Shown here one piece after another: positions 16,640-25,190 of a stretch of 26,678 nucleotides of DNA. The DNA is from Sulfurifustaceae bacterium (GTDB lineage Bacteria > Pseudomonadota > Gammaproteobacteria > Acidiferrobacterales > Sulfurifustaceae). The position numbers were made by a program, and so were the translations under genes. The notes under the pieces are model-generated. The model was not told the origin of the DNA. It saw only the letters and a list, made by a program, of their open reading frames with translations, and ran no database searches. The stretch's first letter is position 1, and each line of letters opens with the position of its first letter. The DNA is taken from assembly GCA_041483795.1 (NCBI GenBank), contig JBGPGJ010000001.1, forward strand, positions 1-26,678, written 5' to 3'.

Positions 16640-17413
16640 ATGAGCGTGAAGAAGCTGTTCGACATCGGCGGCAAGGTGGCTCTCATCACCGGCGGTTCGC
16701 GCGGGTTGGGCTTGCAGATGGCCGAAGCGCTGGGCGAAATGGGCGCCAAGGTGGCGATCACGGCGCGCAAGCAGGCCGAGCTGGAGGAAGCGGCCGCACA
16801 TCTGAAAAAGCTCGGCATCGAGGTGCTGACCATCGCCGGCGATCTGGCGAAGTTTGAAACCATTCCCGGCGTGGTCGAGCAGGTGCTGGGCGGATTCGGC
16901 GACATTGATATTTTGGTCAATAACGCCGGCACGACCTGGGGCGCGCCGGCCGAAGATTATCCAGCCGAAGGCTGGAACAAGGTGATGAACCTCAACATCA
17001 ATGCCATGTTTTTTCTGACGCAGCAAGTCGGCAAGCGCTGCATGATCCCGAAGCGCGCGGGCAAGATCGTCAACATCGCCTCGGTCGCCGGCTTGAGCGG
17101 CAATCCGCCGACGATGACGACCGTCGCCTACAACACCAGCAAAGGCGCGGCGATCAATTTCACCCGCACGCTGGCGGCGGAGTGGGGCAAGTACAACATC
17201 AACGTGAACGCCATCTGTCCCGGCTTTTTCCCCTCGAAGATGTCGCAGGGGTTGTTGGAAAAAGTCGTGCAATTCGTCATCGCCGCGACACCGCTCCGGC
17301 GGATCGGGGGCGACGAAGACCTGAAGGGGGCGATCGTGTTTCTGGCCTCCGAGGCATCGCGCCATATCACCGGCCAATACATCGCGGTGGACGGTGGCGC
17401 CTGTATTGCGTGA
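16640..17413 (+). CDS. Classical short-chain dehydrogenase/reductase (gluconate-5-dehydrogenase/FabG-like)
   Basis: Start MSVKKLFDIGGK at 16640, with RBS GAGGA upstream. Contains TGGSRGLG, NNAG, the YxxxK motif (YNTSK) and 'VNAICPG'. The 'TARK' motif suggests NADP(H) preference. Confidence 0.93.
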   Translation: MSVKKLFDIGGKVALITGGSRGLGLQMAEALGEMGAKVAITARKQAELEEAAAHLKKLGIEVLTIAGDLAKFETIPGVVEQVLGGFGDIDILVNNAGTTWGAPAEDYPAEGWNKVMNLNINAMFFLTQQVGKRCMIPKRAGKIVNIASVAGLSGNPPTMTTVAYNTSKGAAINFTRTLAAEWGKYNINVNAICPGFFPSKMSQGLLEKVVQFVIAATPLRRIGGDEDLKGAIVFLASEASRHITGQYIAVDGGACIA

Positions 17414-17422
17414 GGGGGCCTT

Positions 17423-17851
17423 GTGAGCGAATCGTTCTTTGGTCTGCAAATCCCCTATCTCGAGTTCCTGGGAGCGAAACCCGAGCACCGGGAAAAGGGG
17501 CGGGCGGTGGTGTCGCTGGATGTTCGGCGCGAACTCACCAATAGCTGGGAAGCCGCTCACGGCGGTGTGGTGGTGGCGCTGCTCGACGTGTCCATGGGCT
17601 CGGCGGCGCGCAGCGCTAACGACCACGTCGGTGGGGTGGCGACGGTGGGACTGTCGGTGAATTTTCTGCACGCCGGCGCGGGCCGGCTGGTGGCGGAAGG
17701 CCGGGTGCTGCGCAGCGGACGTTCGTTGGTGTTTTGCGAAGGCGAGGTGCGCGATGCCGCGGGCGAGCTGGTCGCCAAGGCCATGGGCACCTTCAAGCTG
17801 CGGCGCGGCCGGGATGACGCCGCGCACGAATCCGACAGGAAAAAGACATGA
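17423..17851 (+). CDS. PaaI-family hotdog-fold acyl-CoA thioesterase
   Basis: GTG start after GAGGGG. Contains 'NSWEAAHGGVVVALLDVSMG', 'TVGLSVNFL' and 'GRSLVFCEGEV...LVAKAMGTF'. Confidence 0.9.
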   Translation: MSESFFGLQIPYLEFLGAKPEHREKGRAVVSLDVRRELTNSWEAAHGGVVVALLDVSMGSAARSANDHVGGVATVGLSVNFLHAGAGRLVAEGRVLRSGRSLVFCEGEVRDAAGELVAKAMGTFKLRRGRDDAAHESDRKKT

Positions 17852-18849
17852 GCGAGAAAAACATGCAGATCGTATTGGCCCGTCGTCCGACCGGCGCGGT
17901 GCAGGAGAGCGATTTTCGGCTGGTCGAGACCGAGGCGCCGAAGATCGGCGATGGCCAGTTTCTGATACGCAATCATTATCTCTCGCTCGACCCCTATATG
18001 CGCGGCCGCATGAGCGACGCCAAGTCCTACGTCAAGCCGGTGGAGATCGGGGAGGTAATGGTGGGCGAGACCGCGGGCGAGATCGTGGAGTCGCGCAACG
18101 CCAATTTCAAAAAGGGCGACAAGGTCGCCGGTCCTTTCGGCTGGCAGCTTTTCGGCGTCGGCAACGGTGAGGGCGTGCGCAAAATCGAGGACGCGCGCGT
18201 TCCACTCTCCGCCTATCTGGGCGTGCTTGGCATGCCGGGAGTAACGGCCTATGTGGGTTTGCTCGATATCGGTCAGCCGAAGCGCGGAGAGACCGTGGTG
18301 GTGTCCGCCGCCTCCGGTGCGGTGGGCAGCGCGGTGGGGCAGATCGCCAAGATCCACGGTTGCCGCGCTGTCGGTATCGCCGGCGGACCGGAAAAACGCC
18401 GTTACGTGGTGGAGCAGCTCGGCTTCGATGCCTGCGTGGACTACAAGGCGGGCAGACTGTGGGAGGATCTGAAAGAAGCCACACCCGACGGGATTGACGT
18501 GTACTTCGAGAACGTGGGCGGCGAAATCTTCGATACCGCATTGCGGCGGATGAATCCCTTCGGGCGTATTCCCGTATGCGGGCTCATCTCGCAATACGAT
18601 GTCAGCGAACCCTACGGGATGAAGAACGTTCGCAGCATCCTGGTGAATCGCCTCCGGGTGCAGGGATTTATCGTTTTCGACCATCAGTCCCGCCGGCCGG
18701 CGGCGCTCAAGGACCTGACTCAGTGGGTGTCGGACGGGCGGGTTAAATACCGGGAAACCGTGGCCCAGGGGCTCAAGAGCGCACCGGCCGCTTTCATCGG
18801 CCTGCTGGCTGGCAAGAACGTCGGTAAGCAACTGGTGAAGCTCATCTGA
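17848..18849 (+). CDS. NADP-dependent oxidoreductase, zinc-free MDR family (CurA/YncB/prostaglandin reductase PTGR1-like)
   Basis: Contains 'LSLDPYMRGRM', 'GMPGVTAY', 'VVVSAASGAVG', 'YFENVGG', 'CGLISQY' and 'GKNVGK'. ATGA overlap with the thioesterase. Confidence 0.93.
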   Translation: MSEKNMQIVLARRPTGAVQESDFRLVETEAPKIGDGQFLIRNHYLSLDPYMRGRMSDAKSYVKPVEIGEVMVGETAGEIVESRNANFKKGDKVAGPFGWQLFGVGNGEGVRKIEDARVPLSAYLGVLGMPGVTAYVGLLDIGQPKRGETVVVSAASGAVGSAVGQIAKIHGCRAVGIAGGPEKRRYVVEQLGFDACVDYKAGRLWEDLKEATPDGIDVYFENVGGEIFDTALRRMNPFGRIPVCGLISQYDVSEPYGMKNVRSILVNRLRVQGFIVFDHQSRRPAALKDLTQWVSDGRVKYRETVAQGLKSAPAAFIGLLAGKNVGKQLVKLI

Positions 18850-18950
18850 TGAGACGACCGGCCAATGATCTACGCTCGAGCGGAACGCGATGACATTCAT
18901 CGTCTGCGCGCAGGGGCCACGACCGACTACATCTGGACCCTGTACCAACC

Positions 18951-20063
18951 ATGGGATCTAAAGGCATGGGTGCGGGAGAGACAAGCGGCGACGTGAGCGG
19001 CGATTTCGAGGGCACCGGACCGATGCGCGAAGCGCATCGCTTCGATACCGGGCGCTTGGTCGACTATATGCGCCAGCACGTGGATGAATCGATCCGCGCT
19101 ATCGAGGTCGAGCAATTCAAGGGCGGTCAATCCAATCCGACGTATTTGGTCCGCGCCGCCGGCAAACGCTACGTGTTGCGACGCAAGCCGCCGGGCAAGC
19201 TCTTACCGTCGGCGCACGCGGTCGACCGCGAGTACCGCGTCATTACCGCGCTCGCGCCGACGGACGTTCCCGTCGCTAAGACCTATGTGTTGTGTCAGGA
19301 TGACGCCGTGATCGGCACCGCGTTCTACATCATGGATTACGTCGATGGCCGTATTCTTTGGAACCCGCGGCTCCCGGGCATGACGCCGGCCGAACGCGCC
19401 GCCATTTTCGGTGAAACGAACCGTATTATCGCGGCGCTGCACCGTGTCGATTATCAGGCGATCGGCCTCGGCGACTACGGTAAGTCGGGTAGTTACTTTG
19501 CGCGACAAATCGACCGCTGGACCAAACAGTACCGCGCATCGGCGACGGAAAAGATCGAGGCCATGGACAATCTCATCGATTGGTTGCCGCAGCATATACC
19601 CGCCGGCGACGAAACCCGCATTGTGCACGGCGATTACCGTATCGATAACGTAATTTTTCATCCCACCGAGCCGTGCATCCTGGCGGTGCTCGATTGGGAG
19701 CTATCCACGCTCGGGCACCCGATGGCCGATTTCGCCTACCACTGCATGAGCTGGCGCCTCGAGCCCGGGCAGTTCCGCGGCCTCGCGGGCAAGGACTTCA
19801 AGACGTTGGGAATTCCGGCCGAGGCGGAATACGTCGCCGCCTATTGTCGTCGGGTGGGACGTGAGCAGGTAACGCCGCAAGAGTGGGAATACTATATGGC
19901 GTTCGGCATGTTTCGCCTGGCTGGAATCCTGCAAGGAATCATGGCGCGGGCGCTGCAAGGCAACGCCTCGAACCAGAACGCGCTCGATGCCGGGCGCCGC
20001 GCGCGGCCGCTGGCCGAGGCGGCATGGCAGCAGGTGGAAAAAATGATGGCGCCGGGCGGCTGA
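18951..20063 (+). CDS. APH/choline-kinase-fold phosphotransferase, resembling the ACAD10/ACAD11 kinase domain
   Basis: Contains 'QFKGGQSNPTY', 'LRRKPPGKLLPSAHAVDREY', the Brenner motif 'HGDYRIDN' and 'VLDWELSTLGHP'. The real start may be the in-frame GTG at 18993. Confidence 0.9.
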   Translation: MGSKGMGAGETSGDVSGDFEGTGPMREAHRFDTGRLVDYMRQHVDESIRAIEVEQFKGGQSNPTYLVRAAGKRYVLRRKPPGKLLPSAHAVDREYRVITALAPTDVPVAKTYVLCQDDAVIGTAFYIMDYVDGRILWNPRLPGMTPAERAAIFGETNRIIAALHRVDYQAIGLGDYGKSGSYFARQIDRWTKQYRASATEKIEAMDNLIDWLPQHIPAGDETRIVHGDYRIDNVIFHPTEPCILAVLDWELSTLGHPMADFAYHCMSWRLEPGQFRGLAGKDFKTLGIPAEAEYVAAYCRRVGREQVTPQEWEYYMAFGMFRLAGILQGIMARALQGNASNQNALDAGRRARPLAEAAWQQVEKMMAPGG

Positions 20064-20109
20064 GCTCGGCCCGGCATTAAACGACATTCTTAAATAAAGA
20101 GGAATCACC

Positions 20110-21327
20110 ATGGATTTCGCGTATGCGGAAAAGACCAAGGCGCTTCAAGTGAAGATCAACGCCTTCATGAACGAATACATCTATCCCAGCGAAGACGAGT
20201 TCCATGCCGAGATCGAAGACAACCGCCGCAAGGGGAATGTCTGGGTGCCGACCAAGGCGGTTGAAGAGCTGAAAGCCAAGGCGAAGTCGCAAGGCCTGTG
20301 GAATTTATTCCTGCCCGAGTCCGAACGCGGCGCCGGGCTGACGAATCTCGAATATGCGCCGTTGTGCGAGATCATGGGCCGCTCGCCGATCGCGCCGGAA
20401 GCGTTCAACTGCAGCGCGCCCGATACCGGCAACATGGAGGTGCTGGAGCGCTACGGCACGGCGGAGCACAAGAAGCAATGGCTCGAGCCCTTGCTCGAAG
20501 GCAAGATCCGCTCCGGCTTCGCGATGACCGAGCCCGCCGTGGCGTCGAGCGACGCGACGAACATACAGGCGAGGATCGAGCGCGCGGGCGATCACTACGT
20601 GATCAACGCGCACAAGTGGTGGACCTCGGGCGCCAACGATCCGCGCTGCAAGGTGCTCATCTTCATGGGCAAGACCGACCCCAGCAGTCCGGATCGCCAC
20701 CGGCAGCAATCCATGCTGGTCGTGCCGATGGATACGCCGGGCATCAAGGTGCTGGGCGCTCTGCCGGTCTTCGGCTACGACGATGCGCCGCACGGTCACG
20801 CGGAATTGTTGTTCGAAAACGTGCGCGTCCCGGTTTCGAGCGTGTTGCTCGGTGAGGGGCGGGGCTTCGAGATCGCGCAAGGCCGCCTCGGCCCCGGTCG
20901 CATCCACCACTGCATGCGACTCATCGGCTTGAGCGAGCGCGCGCTCGAAAAGATGTGCCAACGGACGCTGAAGCGCGTCGCCTTCGGCCGTCCGATCGCG
21001 GAGCAGACCGTGACGCAAGAGCGCATCGCCGAAGCGCGCATCATGATCGATCAGTGCCGCTTCTTGGTGTTAAACGCCGCTTATATGATGGATACCGTCG
21101 GCAACAAGGACGCCGCCAAGGAAATCGCCATGATCAAAGTGGCGGCGCCCAATATGGCGTGCAAGGTGATCGATTGGGCGATCCAGGCGTACGGCGGCGC
21201 CGGGGTGGCGGACGAGTTTCTGGCGAAGGCGTACGCGGGTGCGCGTACCCTGCGTCTTGCCGACGGGCCGGATGAAGTCCATCGCAACCAGATCGCCAAG
21301 CTGGAATTGCGCCGCTACAAACAGTAA
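20110..21327 (+). CDS. Acyl-CoA dehydrogenase family protein, ACAD10/ACAD11 (FadE2/LvaC-like) subfamily
   Basis: Contains 'LWNLFLP', '[14 protein letters not shown]', '[15 protein letters not shown]', '[14 protein letters not shown]' and '[10 protein letters not shown]'. RBS GAGGA upstream. Confidence 0.93.
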   Translation: MDFAYAEKTKALQVKINAFMNEYIYPSEDEFHAEIEDNRRKGNVWVPTKAVEELKAKAKSQGLWNLFLPESERGAGLTNLEYAPLCEIMGRSPIAPEAFNCSAPDTGNMEVLERYGTAEHKKQWLEPLLEGKIRSGFAMTEPAVASSDATNIQARIERAGDHYVINAHKWWTSGANDPRCKVLIFMGKTDPSSPDRHRQQSMLVVPMDTPGIKVLGALPVFGYDDAPHGHAELLFENVRVPVSSVLLGEGRGFEIAQGRLGPGRIHHCMRLIGLSERALEKMCQRTLKRVAFGRPIAEQTVTQERIAEARIMIDQCRFLVLNAAYMMDTVGNKDAAKEIAMIKVAAPNMACKVIDWAIQAYGGAGVADEFLAKAYAGARTLRLADGPDEVHRNQIAKLELRRYKQ

Positions 21328-21443
21328 GCGAACAATAGCGTGCGCAGGCGACCGGAGAGCCGCAGGAAGGTGCTCCGGTAGCCGAGCGCCGCGCTTTATC
21401 ATGCGGTCCATGACCGCTAAAAGTCAGCGAAGGAGTGGGGGAC

Positions 21444-23114
21444 ATGTCCGATCGTCACTTTGCTTATTGGCCGAAGAACGTGCCGCGTCAGTTGACGGCA
21501 CCCGAGACCAATCTGTTTTACAACGCCGAGGTATCGGCTACCCGCTATCCTAAGAAGCCTTACATCGTTTACTACGACACCATCATTACTTTCTCGGATT
21601 TCAGGGATGAGGCGGAGCGCATGGCCGGATTCCTCGAAAAGGAGTGTGGCGTCAAGAAAGGCGACCGCGTGTTGCTGTTCATGCAGAACAGCCCGCAGTT
21701 CGCGATCGGGTATTACGCGATCCTGCGCGCCAACGCCGTGGTAGTGCCGGTCAACCCCATGAACCTGACCAACGAGTTACGCTACTACGTCACCGACAGT
21801 GGCGCGACCACGGCGCTTGTTTCGCAGGAGTTGTATCCGCAGATGAAGCCACTCATCGGCGCGGGTCTGAAGCATGTGGTCGTCGCGGCCTATTCGGATT
21901 ACCTCAAACAACCGACCGATCTGCGCGTCCTGGATTTCATCGCCGCGCCGCGGGCGCCGATCAAAGACGCCGGCGTGGCGCTGTGGAGTGAGGCCATGGC
22001 GCGCAATATCCGTCCGGGTCCGCTGACCGTCGGACCGGACGATTTATGCGTCATGCCGTACACGTCGGGAACGACGGGCCACCCCAAGGGCTGCATGCAC
22101 ACGCATCGTACCGCGATGTTCACGCTGGTCGCCGGAATCCAGTGGTTCGGCCACGATCCGAGCGCGGTGGCGTTGGCGGTGTTGCCGTTCTTCCATGTCA
22201 CCGGCATGCAGGGCAGCATGAACGGTCCGATTTACAGCGCCAACACGGTGGTGCTGTTGCCGCGCTGGGACCGCGAGGTCGCCGCGCAACTGATTCAACG
22301 CTACAAGATATCGGTATGGACATGCATCCCGACGATGGCGGTGGATTTTCTGAGCAACCCCAAGGTGGGCGAGTACGATCTCTCCAGTTTGAATCGCATG
22401 AGCGGCGGTGGCGCGGCCATGCCCGAGGCCATCGCGCAGCGCCTGCAAGACAAGTTCAACATCGCGTTCGTCGAGGGTTACGGCTTGTCGGAGACGATAG
22501 CCCCGACCCATATCAACCCGCCGGATCGGCCGAAAAAGCAGTGCCTGGGTATTCCTATTTTCAACACCGAAGCGCGCGTGGTGGACCTGGAAATGTTGCG
22601 CGAACTGGCGCCGGGCGAGGTTGGGGAAATCATCGTTTCCGGACCGCAGGTTTTTCTGGGTTACTGGAACAATCCCCAGGCAAACGAGGCGTGCTTCGTT
22701 GAGATTGACGGCAAGCGCTTCTTCCGCACCGGCGATCTGGGTCGCACCGATGAGGACGGTTACTTCTTCATCGTGGATCGTCTCAAGCGCATGATCAATG
22801 CCTCGGGCTTTAAAGTTTGGCCCGCCGAAGTCGAAGCGATGATGTACCGGCACCCGGATATCCAGGAGGCGTGCATCATCGGCACCAGAGATCCGCATCG
22901 CGGCGAGACGGTCAAGGCCGTGGTTGTGCTCAAGCCCCATGCCCACGGCAAGGTCAGCGAGCAGGACATCGTGAACTGGGCGCGTGGGCAAATGGCCGCC
23001 TACAAATTCCCGCGTGTCGTCGAGTTCGTCGATGCGCTTCCGAAATCCGGCAGCGGCAAGATCATGTGGCGGTCGCTGCAGGAACAGGAGTCGAGTAAGC
23101 AAGCCGGCGCTTGA
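21444..23114 (+). CDS. Long-chain-fatty-acid--CoA ligase (AMP-forming)
   Basis: Start MSDRHFAYWP at 21444 (alternative GTG at 21435). Contains YTSGTTGHPKG, 'LPFFHVTG', 'EGYGLSE', 'FRTGDLG', 'DRLKRMINASG' and 'SGKI'. Confidence 0.93.
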   Translation: MSDRHFAYWPKNVPRQLTAPETNLFYNAEVSATRYPKKPYIVYYDTIITFSDFRDEAERMAGFLEKECGVKKGDRVLLFMQNSPQFAIGYYAILRANAVVVPVNPMNLTNELRYYVTDSGATTALVSQELYPQMKPLIGAGLKHVVVAAYSDYLKQPTDLRVLDFIAAPRAPIKDAGVALWSEAMARNIRPGPLTVGPDDLCVMPYTSGTTGHPKGCMHTHRTAMFTLVAGIQWFGHDPSAVALAVLPFFHVTGMQGSMNGPIYSANTVVLLPRWDREVAAQLIQRYKISVWTCIPTMAVDFLSNPKVGEYDLSSLNRMSGGGAAMPEAIAQRLQDKFNIAFVEGYGLSETIAPTHINPPDRPKKQCLGIPIFNTEARVVDLEMLRELAPGEVGEIIVSGPQVFLGYWNNPQANEACFVEIDGKRFFRTGDLGRTDEDGYFFIVDRLKRMINASGFKVWPAEVEAMMYRHPDIQEACIIGTRDPHRGETVKAVVVLKPHAHGKVSEQDIVNWARGQMAAYKFPRVVEFVDALPKSGSGKIMWRSLQEQESSKQAGA

Positions 23115-23265
23115 CTGCCACGTGCCTGCGTTTAGGTCCGGGTGCTTATCCCGAGCCCGGGTACTGAGGACGGCAAGACAAATTCCAGTTCTGTTGTCGT
23201 CTCCCTGTCTTGCGTTTTGTTGCAATATCCGGAGTATTTATTCGATTTTATGAGAGGGGGAAGGC

Positions 23266-23412
23266 ATGTCACAACATCATTTCGCTTTCTGGCCGAAGGG
23301 TCTGCCGCATCACCGGACGATGCCCGAGACCGATCTGTTCTATGACCTGGAGGTCTTGGCGATGCGTTATCAGAAACCTTTTCTTCGACTCAAACGCCAG
23401 CGATGCAAATGA
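23266..23412 (+). pseudogene. Truncated 5' fragment of a paralogous long-chain-fatty-acid--CoA ligase (48 codons)
   Basis: My translation is MSQHHFAFWPKGLPHHRTMPETDLFYDLEVLAMRYQKPFLRLKRQRCK*. It aligns with the N-terminus of the upstream ligase (MSDRHFAYWPKNVPRQLTAPETNLFYNAEVSATRYPKKPY) and keeps an RBS (GAGGGGG). It is not in the ORF track. Confidence 0.85.
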
Positions 23413-23733
23413 AAGCAAAAGACGGTTCGATAGTGATGCGCGCTAGTGGGACGTACAACGTTGCAGGTGAAGACGATAAAATGTGGGATTTACGTCAGTG
23501 GTTTCCAGAGAAGCGATAAGCGCAGGAATGCCTGCCCATCTGAATCTGTACCCTGAGTAGATCGCCCACCCGATCAACAGCCGGCGCGATATCGAGCGCT
23601 GCTTCCCGTCCCGGAGGCAAGGCACGCGGTGCCGCGGCAGGGGGGTTCATCGGCAAGACCGTTCGACAGGGCGAACGGGCGTAAAGATGCCGAGGTGAGT
23701 GTCAAGCCGCAGGCCGGGAGCTGAGCGTCCGCG

Positions 23734-24432
23734 TCAGACCGCCAGGTATCTCTTCACGACCTCCTCGTTCGCCCACAATTCTTCCAGGCGGCCGGAATAG
23801 CGGATGTGCCCCTTTTCCATGATGTAGCCGCGGTCGGCGACACGGCGCGCGAATTTGACGTTCTGGTCGGCCACCAGGAGCGTGACGCCTTCCTTCTGAA
23901 TCTGGCCGATGGCCTCGATGAGCGTCTTGACCATCAGCGGGCTCAGGCCCTCCGAAGGCTCGTCCAGAATGAGCAGATTCGGATTGCCCATCAGGGCCCG
24001 GCCGATGGCGAGCATCTTCTGCTCCCCACCCGAGAGTCCGGAACCGCGCTTTCCCCGCAGCTCGGTCAGTACGGGAAAGAGCTGGTACACGCGCTCGAAC
24101 GTCCAGCGCCCGTCCCGGCGCGTGACTTGCCGGACGATCTTCAGGTTTTCCTCGACCGTCAGGTCCGCGAAGATCCGCCGGTCATCGGGGATGTAGCCGA
24201 TCCCCAGGCGCGCGGCCTCGAACGGCGGACGCCCGGTGATCTCCTTCCCCATGAACTCGACCTTCCCGCTGCGCGGAGGAGTCAGCCCCATGATGCTGCG
24301 GAGCGTCGTGCTTTTTCCGGCGCCGTTTCGCCCGAGCAGGCACACGACTTCTCCCGCCTCGACGTCGATCGACACGCCGTGAATCACGGCGCCCACTCCG
24401 TAGCCGGTCACCAGGTCGCGGGTCGCGAGCAT
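23734..24432 (-). CDS. livF: Liv-type ABC transporter ATP-binding protein, LivF-like (second operon)
   Basis: True start MLATRDLVTGYG at 24432 (TGATG overlap with livG). Contains GRNGAGKST, LSGGEQK, 'LILDEPSEGL' and 'VADQN'. Confidence 0.92.
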   Translation of the reverse strand: MLATRDLVTGYGVGAVIHGVSIDVEAGEVVCLLGRNGAGKSTTLRSIMGLTPPRSGKVEFMGKEITGRPPFEAARLGIGYIPDDRRIFADLTVEENLKIVRQVTRRDGRWTFERVYQLFPVLTELRGKRGSGLSGGEQKMLAIGRALMGNPNLLILDEPSEGLSPLMVKTLIEAIGQIQKEGVTLLVADQNVKFARRVADRGYIMEKGHIRYSGRLEELWANEEVVKRYLAV

Positions 24433-25190
24433 CACGCCGGCAGTTCCTCCCCGAGATAGACTTCGCGCACGGCGCGGTTCTCCCGGATCTCGGCGGGCGG
24501 CCCTTCGGCCAGCACCTCGCCGCGGTTCATCACCACGATCCAGTCCGCGAGAGAGAACACGACGTCCATGTCGTGCTCGACGATAACGAAGGTCGTGTGG
24601 CGTTCCCCGGAGAGCTTGCGGATCAGCTCCAATACCCTCGAGCGCTCGACGGGAGTCAGCCCGGAGGAGGGCTCGTCGAGGAAGCACAGCTCGGGCGCGG
24701 GGGCGATCGCGATTCCCAGCTCGAGGAGCCGCTGGTCTCCGTGCGAGAGGGTGCCGGCCGGCAGGTTCTCCTCGTCGTGCAGACCGATCTCCCGCAGGAT
24801 CTGTCGGGCCTCGGTCACCGCGCCCGTCTCCCGCTCCATCGCGTGAAAGGGGATGCCGGCGCGCCCGCGCCGGGCGAGAACCGGCACGAGGAGGTTTTGC
24901 AGCACCGACAGGCGCGCAAAAATATTCATGATCTGGAACGAACGCGACAAGCCTTTGCGGATGCGCCGGTGAACGGCCATGCGCGTGATCGCTTCGCCCT
25001 TGAAGTGCATCGCGCCGGAGTCGGGAAAGAGCGCTCCGGTGGCGAGATTGATGAGCGTCGTCTTGCCGGCGCCGTTCGGGCCGATGATGGCGGTGAGCCG
25101 TCCCGCGGGCAGCGTCAGGCTCACCCCGTTGACGGCCACGAAGTCGCCGAAGCGCTTCACCGCGCCTTCGATGGTCAGAAGTCCGGTCAC
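24432..25190 (-). CDS. livG: Liv-type ABC transporter ATP-binding protein, LivG-like (second operon)
   Basis: GTG start at 25190 (VTGLLTIEGAVKRFG; GTGA overlap with livM), at the C-terminal end of the 744-aa track ORF. Contains GPNGAGKTT, 'RSFQ', 'LSHGDQR', 'FLDEPSSG', 'VEHDM' and 'VYLG'. Confidence 0.92.
   Translation of the reverse strand: MTGLLTIEGAVKRFGDFVAVNGVSLTLPAGRLTAIIGPNGAGKTTLINLATGALFPDSGAMHFKGEAITRMAVHRRIRKGLSRSFQIMNIFARLSVLQNLLVPVLARRGRAGIPFHAMERETGAVTEARQILREIGLHDEENLPAGTLSHGDQRLLELGIAIAPAPELCFLDEPSSGLTPVERSRVLELIRKLSGERHTTFVIVEHDMDVVFSLADWIVVMNRGEVLAEGPPAEIRENRAVREVYLGEELPA

Noticed and set aside
18951-20063. APH-family gene as an aminoglycoside resistance determinant
   Set aside because: Its length (~360 aa), the 'RRKPPGKLLPSAHAVDREY' motif and its position next to an ACAD11-type gene match the metabolic ACAD10/11-like kinases, not APH(3')/APH(6) resistance enzymes.
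20051-20075. Short GC hairpins after the kinase (GCCGGGC..GCCCGGC) and after the ACAD (ACCGGAG..CTCCGGT, ~21353-21381)
   Set aside because: Seven-bp stems without U-tracts are expected by chance at this GC content.
23409-23519. 36-codon ORF MKAKDGSIVMRASGTYNVAGEDDKMWDLRQWFPEKR, faintly like a hotdog-thioesterase C-terminal strand
   Set aside because: The resemblance covers only about 10 residues and cannot be told from chance without a profile search.
23443-23625. 60-aa minus-strand ORF containing 'LLIGWAIYSGYR', reminiscent of an APC permease last helix
   Set aside because: It is a single short hydrophobic patch with no RBS or coding bias; at most it is unidentifiable debris.
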